A stretch of 64,000 bases of DNA from the IMG/VR virus record IMGVR_UViG_3300033068_001325; one strand, written 5' to 3'. Shown piece after piece: positions 1-9,197 of this stretch. The notes under the pieces are model-generated. The model did no database searches, was not told the origin of the DNA, and saw nothing but the letters and a program-made list of their open reading frames with translations. Within the stretch, counting starts at the first letter, position 1; every line of letters begins with the position of its first letter. A program made the position numbers and the translations under genes. This stretch comes from an uncultured virus (IMG/VR IMGVR_UViG_3300033068_001325) (Duplodnaviria > Heunggongvirae > Uroviricota > Caudoviricetes).

Positions 1-216
1 GAGCGCGAGGAGCTCGTGGAAGCCCGCGGTGCAGAGTACCGCGTCGGCGTCATGAGCGAAGACCAGTTTCGCGCCTACCTGTTCGCGATGCGCTGCCGCG
101 GCGAAGACATTCGGCACCGCATGGCCGACTTCACGCCGGTGCTGGCGCCCAAGACGTTCGAAGAACATCGACTCGATACGAGTCACGAGTGGCTCCGGAG
201 GTATCATGGCAGATAA
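1..216 (+). CDS. Hypothetical phage protein, 3' part (open from window start)
   Basis: Frame 1 is open from base 1 to TAA 216; no recognisable motif. Confidence 0.5.
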   Translation, partial: EREELVEARGAEYRVGVMSEDQFRAYLFAMRCRGEDIRHRMADFTPVLAPKTFEEHRLDTSHEWLRRYHGR

Positions 217-253
217 AACCGACATCAGCTGGACCGGAGAGTGCCGTGGGTAG
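206..253 (+). pseudogene. Possible N-terminal remnant of a phage Gp37/Gp68 (DUF5131)-like gene
   Basis: GGAGG at 197-201, then ATG 206 encoding MADKTDISWTGECRG*. The first 10 aa resemble the usual Gp37/Gp68 start (MxxxTxIxWT). Confidence 0.4.
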
Positions 254-938
254 CAAGCTTGGCACGCAAAAGGCAGCAGCGGTGCGTGCCGGATTGCCGC
301 TGGAAGAATACCAAGCGAAGCTGGCGGCTGGCCTAAAGCGTTGCCGAAAATGTCGAGTATGGAAGGACATCACTGACTTTGGCATCGATAAAACTCGCGG
401 TGACGGACGAGCGTCAGCTTGCGGGGATTGTCGGATGGTAGGCACCGGGGAAAAGCCGGGCGCGCGCTTGCGCGCAGCCATGCTCAAGGTCGGACTGAAA
501 TGGTGTCGCGGCTGCAAAGATTGGCTCAATGCCGACATGGTCACCAAGAATGGCGTCTGCAGAAAGCACGAAAACGAGGAAACCAGAAAACGCTATCACT
601 CGGATGAAAATTTCCGCGAGCGTCGCAAAAACAACTCCAATCGTCAGCGGCGAGGCGTCGATTGCGTACCGATTATCGGTGCAGAATCGTTGACTGAGCT
701 GTTTGACGGAATATGCGCCTATTGTCCTGGCGCAGCAGAGGCATGGGACCATGTCATCCCAATCGCCAAGGGAGGCAAGACCGTGCCTGGCAATATTTTG
801 CCAGCCTGCACGCCATGCAACAGCTCCAAGAAAAACTACGATCTTGAAGAGTGGCTTGCCAAGACTGGGCGCGAGTTGAGCTATCGGGCCATCGAGCATC
901 TGTCACTGCATGGCACATTGCCGGAGGATCAGTTATGA
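246..938 (+). CDS. HNH endonuclease with N-terminal CxxC zinc ribbons
   Basis: CAYC...WDHVIPIAKGG...NILPACTPCNSSK; GTG 246 preceded by GGAG; stop overlaps next ATG (ATGA). Confidence 0.85.
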   Translation: MGSKLGTQKAAAVRAGLPLEEYQAKLAAGLKRCRKCRVWKDITDFGIDKTRGDGRASACGDCRMVGTGEKPGARLRAAMLKVGLKWCRGCKDWLNADMVTKNGVCRKHENEETRKRYHSDENFRERRKNNSNRQRRGVDCVPIIGAESLTELFDGICAYCPGAAEAWDHVIPIAKGGKTVPGNILPACTPCNSSKKNYDLEEWLAKTGRELSYRAIEHLSLHGTLPEDQL

Positions 939-1684
939 CGTTCCGCTGCCTGGACCTTGAGACAACAGGATTTCCGAGCGACGAAGAAGGCGCGGCGCCA
1001 ACCGGCATCATGCAGGTTGGCTGGTGCGATTACACCCCGGGTGAGCCGATCGGTGAGCCGGTCTCGCACTTCGTCGATTGCGGTCTGCCGTGCTCGATCG
1101 AGGCGCGCGCCGTTCATCACATCCTCGATTCTGATCTGGCCGGCGCCATGAAGCCGACGGAGGCCTGCGCGCTGCTCGCCAGCGGCCGGCATGAATGCCT
1201 GGTGGCGCACAATGTCGACCACGAGAAGCACTACGTCGGTCCAGGCATCAATCCAGAAACCGACGAAGAGCGAGCGTGGCTCTGCACCTACAAGACGTCA
1301 TTTCGGCTGTGGCCGGAAGCTCCGGGACATAAGCTGCACGAGCTGCGCTACTTTCTCGATCTGGATTCCGCCAATGACTTCGATCCGCGGCTTTGCGAAA
1401 AGCCGCACCGAGCGCCAGATGATGCCTATGTCACCGCGCACCTGCTGCGCCGCGTGCTGCAGGAAGCCGAGAAGCAGGAGATCAGCATCGACCGCTTAAT
1501 GAAGTGGAGCTCTGGACCTGCTTTGCTACACATGTGTTTTTTGAAAAAACATAAAGGCACGCCATGGTCAAAGGTGCCTGCCGACTATCTCGACTGGATC
1601 GTCAACAAGAGCGACATCAAAGATCGCGACATCCGAGCGACAGCAAAATTTTACCTGAAGAGGAATTCTAGTGGGAGCCCCTAG
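935..1684 (+). CDS. DEDDh 3'-5' exonuclease (exodeoxyribonuclease X-like)
   Basis: LDLETTG, VAHNVDHE, HRAPDDAYVT motifs; C-terminal KHKGTPWSKVPADYLDW domain; GGAGG upstream. Confidence 0.9.
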   Translation: MTFRCLDLETTGFPSDEEGAAPTGIMQVGWCDYTPGEPIGEPVSHFVDCGLPCSIEARAVHHILDSDLAGAMKPTEACALLASGRHECLVAHNVDHEKHYVGPGINPETDEERAWLCTYKTSFRLWPEAPGHKLHELRYFLDLDSANDFDPRLCEKPHRAPDDAYVTAHLLRRVLQEAEKQEISIDRLMKWSSGPALLHMCFLKKHKGTPWSKVPADYLDWIVNKSDIKDRDIRATAKFYLKRNSSGSP

Positions 1685-2264
1685 AAAAAATCTGGCCGGC
1701 AAGAAATTTGGTCGCCTCACAGCAATCAGCTGCTTCACGCGAACGTATTGGACATGCCGCTGCAAATGTGGGCGCATCATCGACGTTAGATCTGATGCGC
1801 TTCAAAGGCAAACTTCTTGCGGATGCGAGCGCAATCGCACGGCACCCACTGCCAACCGTCGACATGGCCTGTCGCATCTTCCGGAGGCTCTAATCTGGCG
1901 GTCTATTCTTGGTCGCTGCACGAACAAAAATCACACTTCTTACCCTGACTACGGTGGTCGCGGCATTGATGTATGCGAACGCTGGAAGACTGATTTTCTG
2001 GCCTTCTACGAAGACATGGGGGCGCGCCCTTCGACAAAACATTCGGTCGAGCGCAAGGATAACAACGGTCCCTATTCGCCAGGGAACTGCCGATGGGCCA
2101 CCAAGCCGGAGCAGGCTGCGAACAAGCGAACCAGTATCAAGGTGACCATTAAAGGGCGCACGCAAACCGTGGCCCAATGGGCCGACGAACTGAAGATAAA
2201 CCGAAAGACTGTCTATGCCAGAATCCAGCGCGGGGTTATTCCTGCGCAAGCCCTTCAACCATGA
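1671..2264 (+). CDS. Free-standing HNH homing endonuclease
   Basis: NLAGKKFGRLT...CRCKCG N-terminus; YGGRGIDVCERW; HSVERKDNNGPYSPGNCRWAT...QAANKR. Confidence 0.88.
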   Translation: MGAPRKNLAGKKFGRLTAISCFTRTYWTCRCKCGRIIDVRSDALQRQTSCGCERNRTAPTANRRHGLSHLPEALIWRSILGRCTNKNHTSYPDYGGRGIDVCERWKTDFLAFYEDMGARPSTKHSVERKDNNGPYSPGNCRWATKPEQAANKRTSIKVTIKGRTQTVAQWADELKINRKTVYARIQRGVIPAQALQP

Positions 2265-2275
2265 AAGGAATTCCC

Positions 2276-4177
2276 ATGTCGAGAACTGCTGCTATCCTGA
2301 AGACCGAAGCGCGCACCGCGATCGTGCCGACGCACATGATTGCGATCGCTGACCTGTATCTTGCCAGCGAAGCGCCGAAAGGCATCGAGTTGCAGGTGCG
2401 CGACAGCGGCCGCGGATCGCCGCTGACTGACGAGGAGCTCAAGGCCTCGATCTACAACAACGGCATCATTCATCCGCTGATCTGGAAAGAGCACGCCGGC
2501 AAGCATTACGTCGTCGCCGGCAACCGGCGCCTGCGATTTCTTCGCGAGATTTTTGCCGATGCTCTCGACACGAAGGTGCGCACAGAGAACGTGGCGGACT
2601 ACCCTGGCGACTGGCGCGATGTGGCGATGGACACCAACCTTGCGCTGCCGCCGCATGTGGTCGAGCGCTACGAGATGATTGCGCGTATCGCCAAGGAAGA
2701 GAAGTTGCCCGAGGCCGAAGTGTGCAAGCGCTACGGGATGTCCGATGCGCAGTACCGTCGGGTCATGGCGCTGGGCAAAATGGCGCCGATCGTGCGGCAG
2801 GCCTGGAAGGACGCGAAGATCGACGCGAAGACTGCGCAAGCCTTTACGCTCGAGCCGGATCCTGCCGAGCAGGCCAAAATTTTCGCGACGCTGGAAAAAA
2901 ATAACAAACACGTCACCGACTGGATGGTGCGCGGGCGCATTGTTCCTCCCTCCCAACAGGAGATCGGCAAGCTGGTTGCATTCGTCGGTCTCGACAAAGT
3001 TCGCAAGGCGCGACTTCTGAAACAGGAAGACCTGTTCGGCAGCACTCACATTGTCTCCGATGTGAAGGGCTTGAAAAAACTCGTCGGGGACCGGCTTGCG
3101 AAGGTGCGCGATGAGCTGGTGCAAGCAGGATGGTCGTGGGCACTCCCTTCCGATCAGCTCGGCGCGCACGAGTACCAGTTTGGTGACGTGTACCCTGATC
3201 CAAAGAAGGTAAAAGCGACACCCGAAGAAAAGAAGCGCAGCGACGAAATCGCCAGCCTTCTTGCCGGCGAGATCGAGGGAGAGGAAGAAGATGCCCTGAT
3301 CGAAGAACAGGAACGCATCGAGCAGACGATTGCTTGCCGCGGTTTCAGCGCCGACCAGATGAAGCGCAGCGGCTGCATTCTCAGGGTCGGCCACAACGGT
3401 CAGCTCTATATCACCTACGGCAAGGTGAAGCCGGCCGACAAGGCCAAAACCAGCGCTGCCGAACGCCGCGAGAAGACACCGGCGAAACCAAAAAAGAAAG
3501 CAAAACCTGGCGAAGTGTCCCTGACGAATGCTCTTGCCGAACGCATGTCTTCGCAGCTCGAAAAGGCTTTGTCTGCAGCAATTCCTGCCGCCCCCTACGT
3601 GGCTGTCGCCTCAATCATCGCTGGATTTGCCAGCTCGGGGCATATCGTCAATGTCGATGTCGGCAAGCGCGATGGTCGCTCTTACTTTCATGGAGCGGCA
3701 GCGGACAAGCAGTTTCTTCAGATCTTCAACGGCGCCGTGAAGGCATCGCCGCAAGAGCAGGTAGTCATGCTGGCGAAGGTGGCAGCAGAGGCTCTGGATA
3801 TCCAGGTGCATAGTGCAGAAGCGCAGCAGCCGCATCAAAATCCAGCCCTTCAGGCTTTGGCCGCGGCGCTTCCGAAGACGATCGTTACCAAGATGATAAC
3901 CGATCACTTCGATGCTGCGGACTACTTCTCGGGGATTGGCCTGCCAGCGATCGTCGACGCCGTGCGTTGCGCAATGGACGCCGACCATGCAGCGAAGGTG
4001 GCAAAAATGAAAAAGGGAGATGCCGCGAAGTTTGCGGCAGCTCACCTGAAGAACCTCGGCTATCTGCCGCCGGCGCTGCGCACCGCGCATTATGAAGGGC
4101 CGGTCGAAAAGGCTGAAAAGACAGCGCCGACCAAGAAGACGGCAAAAAAGTCTTCGAAGAGAAAGGCTCGGAAGTAG
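2276..4177 (+). CDS. ParB/RepB/Spo0J-like N-terminal domain protein with HTH and long C-terminus
   Basis: ELKASIYNNGIIHPL...VVAGNRRL ParB/Srx box; HTH-like EAEVCKRYGMSDAQYRRVMAL; AAAGGA upstream. Confidence 0.8.
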   Translation: MSRTAAILKTEARTAIVPTHMIAIADLYLASEAPKGIELQVRDSGRGSPLTDEELKASIYNNGIIHPLIWKEHAGKHYVVAGNRRLRFLREIFADALDTKVRTENVADYPGDWRDVAMDTNLALPPHVVERYEMIARIAKEEKLPEAEVCKRYGMSDAQYRRVMALGKMAPIVRQAWKDAKIDAKTAQAFTLEPDPAEQAKIFATLEKNNKHVTDWMVRGRIVPPSQQEIGKLVAFVGLDKVRKARLLKQEDLFGSTHIVSDVKGLKKLVGDRLAKVRDELVQAGWSWALPSDQLGAHEYQFGDVYPDPKKVKATPEEKKRSDEIASLLAGEIEGEEEDALIEEQERIEQTIACRGFSADQMKRSGCILRVGHNGQLYITYGKVKPADKAKTSAAERREKTPAKPKKKAKPGEVSLTNALAERMSSQLEKALSAAIPAAPYVAVASIIAGFASSGHIVNVDVGKRDGRSYFHGAAADKQFLQIFNGAVKASPQEQVVMLAKVAAEALDIQVHSAEAQQPHQNPALQALAAALPKTIVTKMITDHFDAADYFSGIGLPAIVDAVRCAMDADHAAKVAKMKKGDAAKFAAAHLKNLGYLPPALRTAHYEGPVEKAEKTAPTKKTAKKSSKRKARK

Positions 4178-4240
4178 CCATCTTCACCGCGGCCGCGTTA
4201 TATGCGGCCGCTCACCAAAGTGGACGAAAGGAAGCCGTCA

Positions 4241-4822
4241 ATGTCGATCGAGCACAAGACACCGTTAACCTGGCCGGAAGGCGAGCCGAGAACGCCGGTA
4301 AAGCGCACAAATTCTCCATTCCAAGTTACTCGGTTTAGGACTGAGAGCCAGCTCGAGGAGGAATTGAAGCGGTTCAAAGCCGTCAACATCATCCTGTCCT
4401 ACGATCGCGGCCGCGGCGGTGGAGCTCCGAAGGACAGTGCTGTTGCGCTCTATTTCGATCTCCCTGGCGATCGGAAGATCTCGATCTGCTGCGATCTCTA
4501 CTCCAGGCAGGACGACAACGTGCGCGCAATCTACATGGTCATCGAAGCTATGCGCACGATCGAGCGCTATGGCGGCCAGCATCTGTCGCAGAAATCGTTC
4601 ACTGGCTTTGCGGCACTCCCGCCGCCGAAGGACGTGTGGTCGATTCTCGGCATCAACAAGCAACTCGGCCAGCAGCTGTCGCCGAAGATGCGTCGAGAAT
4701 ATGTCATGGAAGCCTTTCGCGAGCGCGCAAAGGAAGGCCACAGCAAGGGAAATGACATGGCCGCGCTGGTCGAGGCGCGTGACGTCGCTTTGCAGGAGCT
4801 GGGAGTTACCGATGCGAGTTGA
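4241..4822 (+). CDS. Phage protein with C-terminal degenerate J-domain
   Basis: PLTWPEG.PRT N-terminus, VALYF, CDLY...DNVRAI, FTGFAALPPP then WSILGI; HPD replaced by HSK. Confidence 0.7.
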   Translation: MSIEHKTPLTWPEGEPRTPVKRTNSPFQVTRFRTESQLEEELKRFKAVNIILSYDRGRGGGAPKDSAVALYFDLPGDRKISICCDLYSRQDDNVRAIYMVIEAMRTIERYGGQHLSQKSFTGFAALPPPKDVWSILGINKQLGQQLSPKMRREYVMEAFRERAKEGHSKGNDMAALVEARDVALQELGVTDAS

Positions 4823-5015
4823 GATCAGCAAAGTTATCGAGACGAAACTCGGCCGCTATGAGCTGCAGCTGTCGTGCGGCCACGTCAAGTACATCAACCG
4901 GCCGAAGCGGCCGACCAGGAAAGCAATCGCTTGCGGCGTCTGCGCCTTCAACGCGGGGAAGAACGCTGCCGCGCTGGAAATTGAGCGCCGCGGGAAGGAA
5001 TCCGCTGATGGCTAG
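4812..5015 (+). CDS. Small zinc-ribbon protein
   Basis: LSCGH...CGVC; coupled to neighbouring genes. Confidence 0.55.
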   Translation: MRVEISKVIETKLGRYELQLSCGHVKYINRPKRPTRKAIACGVCAFNAGKNAAALEIERRGKESADG

Positions 5016-5421
5016 GCCGGTATGGGCAACGAAGACCGGACGCATGTCGCCCGAGGAGAAGGCCAAGATCGAGGAGCTCGCCGCCAGCATGAAGAAGCCG
5101 ACGGCGGGCAAGATTGCTCGGCGCCTGCAGCGCCACCCGGCAACCGTGAACTGGTACATGCTGCGCAGGGGCCTGATCGAGCGCCGTCCCGGTCATGCCT
5201 TGAAGCCATACATACGCAACGGCGCTATGGTGCATCCCTATACCAAAGAACAGGATGCGCGCCTGATCGAGCTGCGCACCGACAAGCCTGGTCAGCCCCG
5301 AAAGACCTATCGCGAGATTGGCGAGATCCTCACGCGCGAATTCTCGATCGAGCGCGACGCGCACAGCGTACAGGTGCGGATGACGCAATTGGCGTGCGCT
5401 CCAGAAGAGGAGGATATGTGA
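5008..5421 (+). CDS. Tandem HTH/Myb-like DNA-binding protein
   Basis: TAGKIARRLQRHPATVNWY and YTKEQDARLIEL...TYREIGEIL...SVQVR. Confidence 0.65.
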   Translation: MARPVWATKTGRMSPEEKAKIEELAASMKKPTAGKIARRLQRHPATVNWYMLRRGLIERRPGHALKPYIRNGAMVHPYTKEQDARLIELRTDKPGQPRKTYREIGEILTREFSIERDAHSVQVRMTQLACAPEEEDM

Positions 5422-5524
5422 TGTGGTTTTTCACTCGCCGCCGGCGCGCCGTGCGCGGACTGTTTGTTGCTCATGCCTGCGCGCGCCACGCTGACTTCCG
5501 TGTCGAATCTTGGGGGTATGGACC

Positions 5525-5722
5525 ATGAGCAATCCTTGGCACGTCGAAATCAAGAGAGGCCCCGCATTCGGCGGCCCGCTCGCCGGGAGCAACATTGAGC
5601 ACGAGCTCGAGCGCAAGGAAGTCTTCGTTTTGGACAGGATGGTCGGCGCCTATCTTTTCGACGAAGATAAATGGCTGTGGCAGCCGAATGATGCTATGTC
5701 GGTGTCCGCAGCCCTAGAATAG
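5525..5722 (+). CDS. Hypothetical protein
   Basis: ORF in operon context. Confidence 0.45.
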   Translation: MSNPWHVEIKRGPAFGGPLAGSNIEHELERKEVFVLDRMVGAYLFDEDKWLWQPNDAMSVSAALE

Positions 5723-5850
5723 AGACGGCTGGCACGACGGGTGCGGCGTTTCGACGTCTGCTTCCTCCCCGTCGTCACAGCCTGGGGCGGTCGGATTTTT
5801 GCCGTCTTCAAATCCGACCGCCCCTCATTCCGAAATCTGGAGAACTGCAG

Positions 5851-6243
5851 ATGCCCGACATTGAATTCGAATTTCAAGCCATCGTCAGCGACGTGCGCGA
5901 GCGTTTTCAGAAGCGCTACGATGCAAAGAAGGTTGGGAGCGCCAAGACCGACGCTCAGATGGCTGACGCTGGCGAGGATGTTTCGATCGGCTGGTATGTG
6001 TCGCTCGCGCAGTATGGAATCGCGATCTACTTCGGCAAAAACAAACCGGATATTGAGAGGGGCGATACACTCTGTTTGATCTCGCGCAAGATTCCGAAAG
6101 AGCCCCCCCCCAAGCTGGCCATTGCGCCAGCTCCGGCCCCGCCGCCCGTAGATCCTTCTTCGCTGCGCGCCGCCTTCCTTGAAACGCTTCCAGAAGAGCA
6201 GCGCGAGATTGTCGCAAAAATTATCGAGAAGGAATCGACATGA
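5851..6243 (+). CDS. Hypothetical protein
   Basis: GGAG RBS, ATG start, ATGA overlap with next gene. Confidence 0.65.
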   Translation: MPDIEFEFQAIVSDVRERFQKRYDAKKVGSAKTDAQMADAGEDVSIGWYVSLAQYGIAIYFGKNKPDIERGDTLCLISRKIPKEPPPKLAIAPAPAPPPVDPSSLRAAFLETLPEEQREIVAKIIEKEST

Positions 6244-6434
6244 CCTACCAGCAACACGGTGCCTTCAGTTGCGACGAGTGCCCGGAATCGATCGAGACCG
6301 ACGAAGAAGATTTTGCGGCCGCCAAGGCTGCGATCGAGAAGGCTGGCTGGCGCACCTTCAAGGGGCCCGGCGGCGAATGGGCGCAGGCCTGCCCGGTGTG
6401 CGTAGCTGAATTTGCGAAGCGTGCAGCGCGATAG
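6240..6434 (+). CDS. Small zinc-ribbon protein
   Basis: SCDECP...AGW...CPVC. Confidence 0.7.
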   Translation: MTYQQHGAFSCDECPESIETDEEDFAAAKAAIEKAGWRTFKGPGGEWAQACPVCVAEFAKRAAR

Positions 6435-6467
6435 CTGACACCGCAATAACGAACTTGGAGACAGAAA

Positions 6468-7082
6468 ATGGCAACCGGCTATACCCATCCCGTCGTGGAC
6501 GGATCAATCACCGATTTCTCTCAGTTCGCCATGCAATGCGCGAGGGCGTTCGGTGCGCTGATCTCAATGCGCGATGCGCCCATGGACGCCGAGATACCGG
6601 ACGAGTTCGAGCCTTCCGATTACTCGGCAAGGCGACTGGCGGCTGCCAGGGAGAGGTTGGCGGCGCTGGAGTCCATGACCCTCGCCGAGGCAGAGCAGAA
6701 GGCCAACGAGAGCTACGCGGCTCTGTTGAAGGCCCATCTCGATTATCGAGCCCAAATGAGGCTGGAGAATGATCGTCTGGACGCGATGCTCAAACACGTC
6801 AGATCGTGGCACCCACCGACCTCAGAGCACCGCGGCCTGAAGGAATTTATGATCGAACAGCTCACCACTTCGAAGCACGACATGAAGTGGGGCTCGGAAG
6901 AGCCGGTACGACAATCGGCCAAGGATTGGCTCGCTGCCGAAGTGGCCGCCGCCAAGCGCGACGTCGCATACCACGTCAAGAATGACAAGGAAGAGAGGGA
7001 ACGCGCCGCTGGCCGCACCGAATGGGTTCGCGAGCTTCGGGCGTCTTTGAAGCAACCGCACGTATCGTTGACCCCGGCTTAA
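6468..7082 (+). CDS. Conserved-type phage hypothetical protein
   Basis: MATGYT...FAMQCARAFGALISMRD...WHPPTSEH.GLKEFMIEQL; GGAG RBS. Confidence 0.75.
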   Translation: MATGYTHPVVDGSITDFSQFAMQCARAFGALISMRDAPMDAEIPDEFEPSDYSARRLAAARERLAALESMTLAEAEQKANESYAALLKAHLDYRAQMRLENDRLDAMLKHVRSWHPPTSEHRGLKEFMIEQLTTSKHDMKWGSEEPVRQSAKDWLAAEVAAAKRDVAYHVKNDKEERERAAGRTEWVRELRASLKQPHVSLTPA

Positions 7083-7229
7083 AGGAAAGAGTGATGAGCA
7101 TCATTGAGGAGACGGGGAATGATGCACGAAGGACACCGGCTGACTATGAAAAATTTCATGATGATGTTTCTCGCTGGCATCCTAACGTCGATCGGCGCTC
7201 GCCCTCCCGGGCAGCGACTACGTGAAGTG

Positions 7230-7433
7230 ATGGTGCAGCGCTGCGCCGGTTATTCGTTCTACGGTCGCTGCTGGTGCCGATCGGCGTCGACATGTCTCTT
7301 CCGTCGCTGCCCGAACTGTGACATGCCGACCGACCAAGACGGCAAAGCCTTGCTGGACGATTTTTACATGGACGGCGTCGACCGCCACGCTGGCCCGTGT
7401 CCCGATTGCGGCGGACCAATGAGGAAGCTATGA
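7230..7433 (+). CDS. Cys-rich small protein
   Basis: CPNC and CPDCGG motifs; ATGA overlap with next gene; start uncertain. Confidence 0.45.
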   Translation: MVQRCAGYSFYGRCWCRSASTCLFRRCPNCDMPTDQDGKALLDDFYMDGVDRHAGPCPDCGGPMRKL

Positions 7434-7768
7434 TGAAACCTGTTGCTGTTGTTCTTGGCGTGATCGCCATCCTGTTTATTAGCGTCGTCGCCTTTGCCCA
7501 GGAGGCCGCGCCTCCGCCGATCGCGCAGCAGGCCGAGATCATCCCCCTGAAAGTATCCAGGCAGCAGCTCATGCTGATCGGCCAAGGTCTCCAGGAGCTC
7601 CCGGCCAAGCTGGCGAACCCTCTCCTCAACGAGCTGCAAGCCCAGCTGAATGCGGTCGACAAGGCTGTCGCCGACGCCAACCAGAAGGCGGCCGAGGAGA
7701 CCCGCAAGGCGCTCGCCGAGAAGGCCGCGGTCGAAAAGTCCCCGGAGCTGGCAGCCCAGAAGCCCTGA
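7430..7768 (+). CDS. Exported coiled-coil protein
   Basis: Signal peptide MMKPVAVVLGVIAILFISVVAFA/QE; GAGG RBS. Confidence 0.7.
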   Translation: MMKPVAVVLGVIAILFISVVAFAQEAAPPPIAQQAEIIPLKVSRQQLMLIGQGLQELPAKLANPLLNELQAQLNAVDKAVADANQKAAEETRKALAEKAAVEKSPELAAQKP

Positions 7769-7836
7769 TTGCCGGGCTTTACAGCCCCGCCTGTACGTTT
7801 TGGTGCCTCAAGGCACCCCAAGGTGCCTTGGAAAGC

Positions 7837-7882
7837 AAAAAACCCCCGGGCGGCCCTCTAAAAGAGGAACCGCCCGGGGGGT
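7837..7882 (-). terminator. Intrinsic terminator at the convergence of early (+) and late (-) transcripts
   Basis: CCCCCGGGCGG/CCGCCCGGGGG stem followed by T6 on the minus strand. Confidence 0.75.
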
Positions 7883-7951
7883 AAAGTTTGCGCCCTTGGA
7901 GATAGTCCAGAAAACCGCCCTGCCAGGGGCGGCCCGCGAGGAAAACCTACC

Positions 7952-8359
7952 TCACAGCCAGCGAACTGTCACCAGCAAAAGAAACAGCAGCAGCGCCGCG
8001 CCGCCGGACCACAGCCATATCCGGTTGCCGAGATCCTCGACGGTGAGCGCCCGGATCTTGCACAGAAACCCGACCACCACCAAAGCGCCGCCCACAACCA
8101 GCATCCACCACTGCCATAGGCTGAAGCCAATCGACTGGATGACGACGCCAAGGTCGCAGATGTAGATCGCGAGAATGAAATTCATGCCGGGCGGCAGGTG
8201 CAGCCAGTCGTACCAGCCAAGGCCGCGCCGGCGCGTTTCCTTCACCAGGTACATCGTCAGTAGGACAAGCCAGATCCCTTCAGGGAGGATGGCGCCGCGG
8301 CCGTGGAGCTCGAGGAGAAACTGGTAATTCGAAAAGACGAGCTCAAGAAAGTGGTTCAT
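7952..8359 (-). CDS. Multi-pass membrane protein (lysis region)
   Basis: About four hydrophobic segments. Confidence 0.7.
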   Translation of the reverse strand: MNHFLELVFSNYQFLLELHGRGAILPEGIWLVLLTMYLVKETRRRGLGWYDWLHLPPGMNFILAIYICDLGVVIQSIGFSLWQWWMLVVGGALVVVGFLCKIRALTVEDLGNRIWLWSGGAALLLFLLLVTVRWL

Positions 8360-8598
8360 TTCTGCTTTGCCGCCACGTTTTGTGTGTAGGGAATGTTGTG
8401 GCGCTGCGACCAGATGTCGGCCATGGCTTGGCGGACTGGATCGTGCGAGGCATAGGCCGCCCTCATCTTGTCGAGCAGCTCGTCACTTTCGCGAACTGCC
8501 TTGTCGTAGAGGGAGGCCTGTTGCTGCCTCTCCTCCGTCGAGGGCGCCGGATCTCGCCGGCGCCGCGGGCCGAATATACGCCCCAGGATCGACGTCAT
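8356..8598 (-). CDS. Hypothetical protein (lysis region)
   Basis: MTSILGRIFG start; ATGA overlaps at both ends. Confidence 0.6.
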   Translation of the reverse strand: MTSILGRIFGPRRRRDPAPSTEERQQQASLYDKAVRESDELLDKMRAAYASHDPVRQAMADIWSQRHNIPYTQNVAAKQK

Positions 8599-8840
8599 GT
8601 TTTGCGCTCGTTGAAGAGGAACATTTTCAACTCTGCTGCGATCGTGATGACGCGCTCGGCCAGATCCTGGACTTCCCTTGCCTTCCCGTCGAGCTGCTCG
8701 CGCAGTCCGGTCTTTTCTGCGATGTGTTGAGCAATCTGCGCAGATCGGTCGCGGTGCAACCACCACAACGCACCAAATTCAAGGACCGCTGCGACGCTAC
8801 CCGCCCGTTCAACGAAGGCGAGCCACCATTCCGTATTCAT
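8595..8840 (-). CDS. Membrane-anchored coiled-coil protein (holin/spanin-like)
   Basis: One N-terminal hydrophobic segment followed by a coiled coil. Confidence 0.6.
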   Translation of the reverse strand: MNTEWWLAFVERAGSVAAVLEFGALWWLHRDRSAQIAQHIAEKTGLREQLDGKAREVQDLAERVITIAAELKMFLFNERKT

Positions 8841-8870
8841 GACTCGCCACCTACCCCTAGCTGACGGTCG

Positions 8871-9197
8871 TCAGGTGTAACCTGCGTCCTTGTCCCCGGC
8901 CCTCGATTTCTCCACTGCGGAATCGAAATCGGCGTCGATCTCTTTCGAAATCTTGCGCAGCTGCGCAATCTGTTCCTGAGTGGTGGCGGAATTGTTCGCC
9001 AGCATCTCGATCGCGCTGGTGACAATCGGCTTCAGCGCCTTGTATTCGGCGATCACAAGCGGCGCGTACTCCGTCAGAACCTTGATGGTGCTCGACACGA
9101 CGCCGGCGCTGGCCGTCGGCAGCATCGGCAGAAGCGACTTGATAAGCTCAAATACCGCCGGTACGCCGGCGGCCGCGATCGCTGCCATGCTGCTCAC
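8871..9197 (-). CDS. Hypothetical lysis-region protein
   Basis: GTG start overlapping the upstream stop; GGAGG RBS. Confidence 0.6.
   Translation of the reverse strand: MSSMAAIAAAGVPAVFELIKSLLPMLPTASAGVVSSTIKVLTEYAPLVIAEYKALKPIVTSAIEMLANNSATTQEQIAQLRKISKEIDADFDSAVEKSRAGDKDAGYT

Noticed and set aside
851..934. Upstream starts in the ORF track for several genes (exonuclease 851, parB 2177, protease 39916, propeller 27655, fibre 30566)
   Set aside because: Downstream ATGs have RBSs or stop-start coupling, and in the last two cases expose signal peptides; the extensions overlap neighbouring genes
2255..3394. Long antisense ORFs (also 15159-16427, 34943-36292, 38771-39964, 47622-49034, 55064-56305, 60570-61739)
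   Set aside because: They shadow well-supported genes on the other strand, as expected in GC-rich DNA, and have no motifs
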